Shown piece by piece: positions 6,819 to 12,285 of a DNA stretch of 64,000 bases. Origin of the DNA: a virus; the IMG/VR virus record IMGVR_UViG_3300044695_006747, positions 1-64,000 of that record. One strand, written 5' to 3'. The translations under genes were made by a program, and so were the position numbers. The notes beneath the pieces are model-generated. The model did no database searches, was not told where the DNA came from, and saw only the letters and a list, made by a program, of their open reading frames with translations. The first letter of the stretch is position 1. Every line of letters begins with the position of its first letter.

Positions 6819-6855
6819 CTTTCTCTCTCTTTCTTTCTCTTTCTTCTATATCGAC

Positions 6856-6883
6856 ATTATACCAAACACAACTTGAATGTCAA
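6856..6883 (-). promoter_or_regulatory. sigma70-type promoter TTGACA-16-TATAAT
   Basis: Perfect hexamers; TTGACATTCAAG subtype. Confidence 0.85.
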
Positions 6884-6915
6884 ACAAAAAAAATCGGTTG
6901 AAAAAAAGTTTTTTG

Positions 6916-6974
6916 TGGCACGGTATTTGCTAGTAGCAAACCGCGTACCAAAAAAGTTTGGCACAAGATTTGCT
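6916..6974. promoter_or_regulatory. Cluster of three sigma54 boxes: 6916-6931 (+), 6935-6950 (-), 6959-6974 (+)
   Basis: TGGCACGGTATTTGCT, TGGTACGCGGTTTGCT (minus strand) and TGGCACAAGATTTGCT. Confidence 0.7.
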
Positions 6975-6978
6975 GTGG

Positions 6979-7043
6979 CTGCCATTTTGGCAGTCGCCGC
7001 GCGGTTTCTGCCATTTTGGCAGTCAAGGCTGCCAAGTTGACAG
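6979..7043. repeat. Palindrome pair 7 plus degenerate third copy
   Basis: Exact copies at 6979-6993 and 7008-7022, spacer inverted (TCGCCGCGCGGTTT); CTGCCAAGTTGACAG at 7029-7043. Confidence 0.9.
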
Positions 7044-7062
7044 AACCCCTCTCGTGGGTGGG

Positions 7063-7383
7063 TCACCCCTCCCAAGCGAACGGGCTAATCTCCTCCCCCA
7101 TAGTGAGGGTGGCCTCATATTGTGACCGCAAAGCCTCCACCCTCTCCCGACTTCCCGGCTTGCCCACCTTCACAATCATCGTATCCTCACCCAAACCCAT
7201 CCGAGGGTCAACCTTTTCGGCCTTGACGTTGACGCTATCCCGCATGGCCGAGCGATTGAACTTCAACACCTTTTCGCTGCGAATCATACCGCCATCGGCA
7301 GTAGACTTGTCGCAGGGAATGGCGATACCGCTGAAGCAAAGGTAGGCTTGACGCTTGGCCTTTTCGATGATCGGGAAACTCAT
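7063..7383 (-). CDS. Hypothetical protein
   Basis: 106-aa ORF on the coding strand of the region; AGGA upstream. Confidence 0.6.
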   Translation of the reverse strand: MSFPIIEKAKRQAYLCFSGIAIPCDKSTADGGMIRSEKVLKFNRSAMRDSVNVKAEKVDPRMGLGEDTMIVKVGKPGSRERVEALRSQYEATLTMGEEISPFAWEG

Positions 7384-7448
7384 GATTCTTTTCCTATGGT
7401 GAAGTGAAAAACCGAATGTACCAAACTAGCCTAGACTGCTCAACCCCC

Positions 7449-7700
7449 TCACACGAGGCAGGGAGCCTCGGTGAACCAGACCTTGCAATCTTCAAGGTAG
7501 ATGCTCTTGTGGATCACGGGCATCTCGCCCACACTATACATACGATCATTTTCCAGACTATCGGCAAACCGAATCGTGACCAGCGTACCGCGAGCATATG
7601 CTGCAACCTTGACGATTTCGCCAGCATACGTCTTGCCGTTATTCTTCTCACACTCGAAACCGAAACCAACCTGAACACTTCCAAACTTCATCATCTTCAT
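7449..7700 (-). CDS. Small beta-rich (SH3/KOW-like) protein
   Basis: GAGGAG RBS; similar to 8243-8479. Confidence 0.6.
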   Translation of the reverse strand: MKMMKFGSVQVGFGFECEKNNGKTYAGEIVKVAAYARGTLVTIRFADSLENDRMYSVGEMPVIHKSIYLEDCKVWFTEAPCLV

Positions 7701-7721
7701 CTCTCCTCTTGTGATACTCTG

Positions 7722-7749
7722 ATTCTACATTAGATATCGTCGATTGCAA
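7722..7749 (-). promoter_or_regulatory. sigma70-type promoter TTGCAA-16-TAGAAT
   Basis: Hexamers with 16-bp spacer. Confidence 0.7.
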
Positions 7750-7812
7750 GAAAAAAAAATAGGAAAAAATCCGTTGGTGAAAACTTCATCGCTGTCATAT
7801 TGGCATGCCATT

Positions 7813-7828
7813 TGGCACGAGATTTGCT
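7813..7828 (+). promoter_or_regulatory. sigma54 -24/-12 box TGGCACGAGATTTGCT
   Basis: Perfect TGGCACG-N4-TTGCT; 4 bp before a palindrome. Confidence 0.75.
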
Positions 7829-7832
7829 GATG

Positions 7833-7900
7833 CTGCCATTTTGGCAGATTTCGCGCGATTTCTGCCATTTTGGCAGTCGCCTTGTCTGCCATTGTGGCAG
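7833..7900. repeat. Palindrome pair 8 plus third copy
   Basis: Exact copies at 7833-7847 and 7862-7876; CTGCCATTGTGGCAG at 7886-7900; a degenerate copy also at 7792-7806. Confidence 0.95.
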
Positions 7901-7963
7901 GTTCTAACCGCCCGGTTTGGGTGGTACAACCCACCCTTATGGGGGATAGGATAATACCCCCTC

Positions 7964-8164
7964 TCAAGAGCGGGGGTAAGTGTATCCAACGTAAACTAGG
8001 CTAATCTTTTCCCTCTCAGGAAACTTCTCAGCGGACAGATAACTCATAGCCTGAGTTTCATTGTCCGCACGAACACAACCGCGGCTTTCGCCATTGTAGA
8101 AAACATTCCAAGTACGAAACTTGCGAATCTTGGGAAGCGAACGGATGAAATCGTTAACGTGCAT
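7964..8164 (-). CDS. Hypothetical protein
   Basis: 66-aa ORF with polypurine leader and promoter 8205-8232. Confidence 0.6.
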   Translation of the reverse strand: MHVNDFIRSLPKIRKFRTWNVFYNGESRGCVRADNETQAMSYLSAEKFPEREKISLVYVGYTYPRS

Positions 8165-8204
8165 CTTTCTTTCTCTCTTTCTTTCTCTTACTCTTTATAT
8201 CGGT

Positions 8205-8232
8205 ATTCTACAATCCGATACTTGAATGTCAA
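8205..8232 (-). promoter_or_regulatory. sigma70-type promoter TTGACA-16-TAGAAT
   Basis: TTGACATTCAAG subtype; CCGATA downstream of -10. Confidence 0.8.
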
Positions 8233-8242
8233 CTAAAAAAAA

Positions 8243-8479
8243 TCACGATTCCAGAATCGTGTAATCGGTAGCATTGTCGTAAAACGAACGATGCTGGCCA
8301 TTGGCCAAACGCACGACGATCAAATCGTCATTAGCACCATGTTTGATACTAACAACCGTTCCAGCATAATCGTTACCAGAATCGCTTTTCCACGAAACCA
8401 TATCGCCCACCACGAAACGGACGCTAGATTCTACAGTTTTCATTTTCAACTTTCCCTTTTTGGTCATCATCGTAATCAT
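8243..8479 (-). CDS. Small beta-rich (SH3/KOW-like) protein, possibly leaderless
   Basis: ATG 6 nt from the -10 box; similar to 7449-7700. Confidence 0.6.
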   Translation of the reverse strand: MITMMTKKGKLKMKTVESSVRFVVGDMVSWKSDSGNDYAGTVVSIKHGANDDLIVVRLANGQHRSFYDNATDYTILES

Positions 8480-8485
8480 GCCATC

Positions 8486-8513
8486 ATTCTACAATATGGT
8501 ATCGGAATGTCAA
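8486..8513 (-). promoter_or_regulatory. sigma70-type promoter TTGACA-16-TAGAAT (outermost of the array)
   Basis: Consensus hexamers, CCGATA in spacer. Confidence 0.8.
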
Positions 8514-8565
8514 CTAAAAAAAATCACTCAAAATGGATTTGGTGAAAACTTCCCCGATCATGATT

Positions 8566-8581
8566 TGGCACAGGGTTTGCT
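8566..8581 (+). promoter_or_regulatory. sigma54 -24/-12 box TGGCACAGGGTTTGCT
   Basis: Matches consensus; followed only by a GGCAG half-site. Confidence 0.6.
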
Positions 8582-8698
8582 ACGGCAGTTCCCCACCTAT
8601 GGGGGGGTTTTTTTGTTTTCCTACCAATGGGGGGTATTTCCCCCAAAAACGCGGGGTGATGTAAACACAATACCGACCACCGCAATGAATTGGCCAGT

Positions 8699-8926
8699 TT
8701 ACTCAATAGTTTGAATATTTGACTGGTCTACCAATTTAATTTTTCTTGGTCGCCCACGGCTTTTCTTAATATTGAGCTTGCGGCGTTGACGTCGAATCAT
8801 GCTTTTAGTAACATTTTGCCCCGTCATTTCACTTAATTTTGCAGCTAATGTTTCATCATTCATTAGATTCTGGTTGTTAGAAATAAAGTCCAATTCGTTT
8901 TGTAGCCATTTCTTATAATTCGCCAT
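8699..8926 (-). CDS. Small putative DNA-binding protein (HTH-like plus AT-hook)
   Basis: Start moved to MANYKKW (AGGAG RBS); ETLAAKLSEMTGQNVTKSMIRRQR helix pattern; RGRPR motif. Confidence 0.55.
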   Translation of the reverse strand: MANYKKWLQNELDFISNNQNLMNDETLAAKLSEMTGQNVTKSMIRRQRRKLNIKKSRGRPRKIKLVDQSNIQTIE

Positions 8927-8942
8927 TTTTTTGCTCCTAAAA

Positions 8943-8970
8943 TTGACTAAAGTGTATAACTCATTATAAT
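8943..8970 (+). promoter_or_regulatory. sigma70-type promoter TTGACT-16-TATAAT for the sigma-factor operon
   Basis: Same 16-bp spacer; contains AGTGTAT late-type motif. Confidence 0.65.
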
Positions 8971-9002
8971 ATTGTGTTGGCCAAAAAACGCAAGGAGCTT
9001 TT

Positions 9003-9173
9003 ATGAAAAATGAACCAAATATTCCCGACATAGTAATTGACTCAATATTGACCACAAAAGCCCTAGGATCTGTACAAGATATATCAAAAGAGCTACAATT
9101 ACCAGACGGTAAAAATCTAGAAGAATTATTAAATGACCAAAAAGAAGAAGAAGACACAAAAGATACTAAATAA
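9003..9173 (+). CDS. Hypothetical acidic protein, 56 aa
   Basis: Hand-translated; AAGGAG RBS; overlaps the next gene by 41 nt. Confidence 0.45.
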   Translation: MKNEPNIPDIVIDSILTTKALGSVQDISKELQLPDGKNLEELLNDQKEEEDTKDTK

Positions 9174-9774
9174 TGGAGTAACAGAAGAAGAATTTTTAGA
9201 AGTTTTAAATAATATATCAAAAAGATTGGTCCATAAATTTAGATTCGGATATCACGATATTGATGATATGAAACAACAAGCCGCCATATTCGCTATGGAA
9301 GGTTTGGAAAAATTTGATAACACTAGGCCTCTAGAAAACTTTCTTTGGACCCACGTTCGAAATCGATTGTTTAACTACAAAAGAAACAACTACCAAAGGC
9401 CCGATAAACCCTGCTTAAGTTGTCCTTTTTACGACTTGTTATACAAAGAATCTAACAACCAGTGCTCAAAATACAAAAATAAAGATGACTGTGAATTATA
9501 TTTCTCATGGTCTGAACGAAATAATAGCAAAAAAAATATTATGACTTTTCAGAGCATAGAAAATACTTTTGAAAAAGAAGACCACAAAGATCCACTAGAT
9601 ATTATTAAAAACAAAGAAATTATTAGTTATCTTGATAATAATATTGTTAAACCAGAATTTAGAGAAAGCTATTTAAGATTAAAGAATGGATTAAAACTAA
9701 ACAAACCTCTATTGGAAAAATTAAAAAATCACATTATGGAATTGATGAAAGACTTTAATCATGACAGAGAATAG
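9133..9774 (+). CDS. Phage RNA polymerase sigma factor (sigma70 region 2-like) with Cys-rich insert
   Basis: DDMKQQAAIFAMEGLEKFDNTRPLENFLWTHVRNRLFNYKR is a region 2 pattern; CLSC...C...C follows. Confidence 0.7.
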   Translation: MTKKKKKTQKILNNGVTEEEFLEVLNNISKRLVHKFRFGYHDIDDMKQQAAIFAMEGLEKFDNTRPLENFLWTHVRNRLFNYKRNNYQRPDKPCLSCPFYDLLYKESNNQCSKYKNKDDCELYFSWSERNNSKKNIMTFQSIENTFEKEDHKDPLDIIKNKEIISYLDNNIVKPEFRESYLRLKNGLKLNKPLLEKLKNHIMELMKDFNHDRE

Positions 9775-10579
9775 TAAAATCCCCCGAAAAAGAGGACAGC
9801 TTAGTTTAGAAGAAGAACAGTATATTAAAGATAATATATCGGTTAAAAGCCCCGACGAAATAGCAGCAGATTTAAATCGTAGCATTAATCCTATTAATCG
9901 CTATATTGATGAAAACCAATTGTATTCATTAGACGAACAAAAGGATAACGCTGTATTAAAACGCAAACTTCACAGCAAAACTTTCTGGAATGAAATAGTA
10001 CGACAATTCGACGAAGACAGCGGAGAATTAGAATATTTCGAAAATACATGGATAAGTTTAATAAAACAATTCAGAGAGGACGTTTTGCCCGCAGAAGAAC
10101 TTCAGATCAAACAATTTATCACTATCGATATACTAATTAATAGAAGTATGAAAGAACGAAAACGCCACATATCTGCAACAGAAAAATTGCAAAATGAAGT
10201 GGATAAGGAATATGACAAACCAGAAGACCAAAGAGATATAGCACGACTAACCAGTTTAGAAACTCAATTAAGCTTCTCAAGAAATAGCATAGCAAATTAT
10301 ACTAATGAATATACCAAACTATTAAATGAACAACAAAAAATAAGTAAAGATTTAAAGGCCACAAGAGAACAGCGCATCAAACGTATCGAAGATGGTAAAA
10401 GTAGTTGGGTTGGATTAATACGAATGCTAGAGGACGAAGAATTACGAGAAAAAGAAGGACGAGAAATGGAAATATTATCAATGGCCACAGAAAAAGCCAA
10501 AAAGAAACTTTTCGATTACCACTCATATGCTGATAATAATGTGGACAAACCATTCCTAACACCAGAAAGCGTAGAATAA
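9761..10579 (+). CDS. Putative terminase small subunit or HTH/coiled-coil protein
   Basis: N-terminal HTH-like segment (SPDEIAADLNRS), long coiled coil, position upstream of TerL. Confidence 0.45.
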   Translation: MTENSKIPRKRGQLSLEEEQYIKDNISVKSPDEIAADLNRSINPINRYIDENQLYSLDEQKDNAVLKRKLHSKTFWNEIVRQFDEDSGELEYFENTWISLIKQFREDVLPAEELQIKQFITIDILINRSMKERKRHISATEKLQNEVDKEYDKPEDQRDIARLTSLETQLSFSRNSIANYTNEYTKLLNEQQKISKDLKATREQRIKRIEDGKSSWVGLIRMLEDEELREKEGREMEILSMATEKAKKKLFDYHSYADNNVDKPFLTPESVE

Positions 10580-10582
10580 ATT

Positions 10583-11569
10583 ATGGAAAAAATAGCTGTA
10601 ATAACAGGAATAACAGGACAGGACGGAAGTTATCTAGCAGAACTATTATTAGAGAAAAATTATACTGTTGTTGGTTTATATAGACGAAGCAGCAGTATTA
10701 ACTTTGACCGAATTTCCCACCTTAAATCAGATAAATTCATTCTGGAAGAATTCGATCTTACAGATCCAGCAGGATGCAACGATATTGTTAGGAAATATCA
10801 CCCAACCGAATTATACAACCTTGCTGCTCAAAGTCATGTGGCAACCAGTTTCAAACAACCCACCACAACTTTTAATATTAATACTTTGGGGGTTACAAAT
10901 TTATTAGAAGCTATTCGTAACTATTCTCCCAAAACACGATTTTATCAAGCAAGTACTAGCGAAATGTTTGGATATAATTATAGTGTGAGCGCATTTGGTC
11001 AAAAATATCAGGATGAAACTACTCAATTTTTACCTCAAAGTCCATATGGCATATCAAAACTAGCAGCCCACAACATGGTAAGAATATATCGAACAGGATA
11101 CGGTATATACGGATGCTGTGGCATACTATTTAACCATGAGAGTCCGCGACGCGGCGAAAACTTTGTGACCAGAAAAATAACCAAGTATATTGGTCAACTT
11201 AAAAATGGCCAAACCCAAGCGAAGCTCAAACTAGGAAATCTTTCTGCACAACGAGATTGGGGACACGCTAAAGATTATGTTCGCGCTATGTACATGATGA
11301 TGCAAATGGTGGAGCCGGATGATTATGTAATATCCACAGGAAATACCTGGAGCGTACAAAACTTTTTGGATCAAGCATTCGCTGTTGCTGGTTTAGATCC
11401 TGCGGACCATGTGGAAATCGATCACGACCTATTTCGCCCCGCGGAAGTTGAATATCTAAGGGGTAGTTCGGCCAAAGCAAAAACATCTTTAAATTGGGAA
11501 CCACAAATATCTTTTAATGAACTAGTAAGTGATATGGTTAACCATGACATTTCGCAACTATCAAGATAA
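10583..11569 (+). CDS. gmd: GDP-mannose 4,6-dehydratase
   Basis: GITGQDGSYLAELLL, YNLAAQSHV, YQASTSEMFG, SPYGISK, LFNHESPRRGENFVTRKI, RDWGHAKDYV. Confidence 0.96.
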   Translation: MEKIAVITGITGQDGSYLAELLLEKNYTVVGLYRRSSSINFDRISHLKSDKFILEEFDLTDPAGCNDIVRKYHPTELYNLAAQSHVATSFKQPTTTFNINTLGVTNLLEAIRNYSPKTRFYQASTSEMFGYNYSVSAFGQKYQDETTQFLPQSPYGISKLAAHNMVRIYRTGYGIYGCCGILFNHESPRRGENFVTRKITKYIGQLKNGQTQAKLKLGNLSAQRDWGHAKDYVRAMYMMMQMVEPDDYVISTGNTWSVQNFLDQAFAVAGLDPADHVEIDHDLFRPAEVEYLRGSSAKAKTSLNWEPQISFNELVSDMVNHDISQLSR

Positions 11570-11822
11570 ATTATACAAAGATTGGAGAAAAGCGGTCTAT
11601 TCACGAGATAACCATACTTGTCAGTGGCCCGGATGCAACCAAAAAAATAAATTGAATGCTCACCATATTAAAACTTGGAGCGAATATCCTTCGCTACGAT
11701 ATCAAATTTCAAACGGAATAACTTTATGCAGACTTCATCACAAAATGATACATGGTATGGAAGAAATTTATGAAAGTTCATTCTCTCAAATAGTGGCGCG
11801 CAAAGATGGTAGACTACAATAA
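11529..11822 (+). CDS. HNH endonuclease
   Basis: RDNHTCQWPGC...AHHIK...NGITLCRLHH; true start may be 11544. Confidence 0.88.
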   Translation: MIWLTMTFRNYQDKLYKDWRKAVYSRDNHTCQWPGCNQKNKLNAHHIKTWSEYPSLRYQISNGITLCRLHHKMIHGMEEIYESSFSQIVARKDGRLQ

Positions 11823-12285
11823 TTTTAAAGTGATTATAGACACGCGTGAGCAGCAGCCGTGGGATTTTGATCGCTGTGCGATTGCTAATCACAAATTAGA
11901 TACTGGAGACTACAGTGTTGAAGGACTAGAAGATATATTATGCATAGAACGTAAAAAGAGTGTGAGCGAATTTGCTAATAATATTACTGAAAGTCGATTC
12001 AAAGATGTGATCAATCGAATGATTTCATATAAGTATCGTTTTTTTATTATGGAATTTGATTTGAACGATATTTATAGGTATCCTATTGGTAGCAATATTC
12101 CCAAACACATGTGGGATAAGATTAAAATTACAGCCGGTTTCATACTTAAAAATTTACTAGAAATTCAATTAAAATATAATATTCACGTATTATTTTGTGG
12201 CGATTCTGAAAACGCTAGTAAAATAGCTCTAACACTAATGAAAAAAGTATATGAACTCGAATACAACAATAAAAAAGAAGTTTGA
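11806..12285 (+). CDS. ERCC4/XPF-family nuclease
   Basis: VIIDTREQ, LDTGDYSV and IERK motifs. Confidence 0.85.
   Translation: MVDYNNFKVIIDTREQQPWDFDRCAIANHKLDTGDYSVEGLEDILCIERKKSVSEFANNITESRFKDVINRMISYKYRFFIMEFDLNDIYRYPIGSNIPKHMWDKIKITAGFILKNLLEIQLKYNIHVLFCGDSENASKIALTLMKKVYELEYNNKKEV

Noticed and set aside
557-7900. Palindrome pairs as CRISPR mini-arrays
   Set aside because: Repeats are only 15 bp, the 14-bp spacers resemble each other, units are dispersed, and no cas gene is in the window
557-7900. Palindrome as a proteobacterial LexA box
   Set aside because: The SOS box is CTG-N10-CAG with an AT-rich core; this is CTG-N9-CAG with a GCCA/TGGC core
557-7900. Palindromes as plain intrinsic terminators
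   Set aside because: Only the 557 pair has an adjacent U-tract on the coding strand, and sequence identity exceeds what a hairpin needs; a secondary terminator role is not excluded
502-8714. Plus-strand and repeat-spanning ORFs in the early region
   Set aside because: They overlap better-supported minus-strand genes, or translate the palindromes (ILAEIAA, LPFWQ); no RBS or promoter
8514-8970. Chimeric assembly as the explanation for the composition break
   Set aside because: The 16-bp-spacer promoter style occurs on both sides and a sigma54 box sits in the junction; cannot be fully excluded without reads
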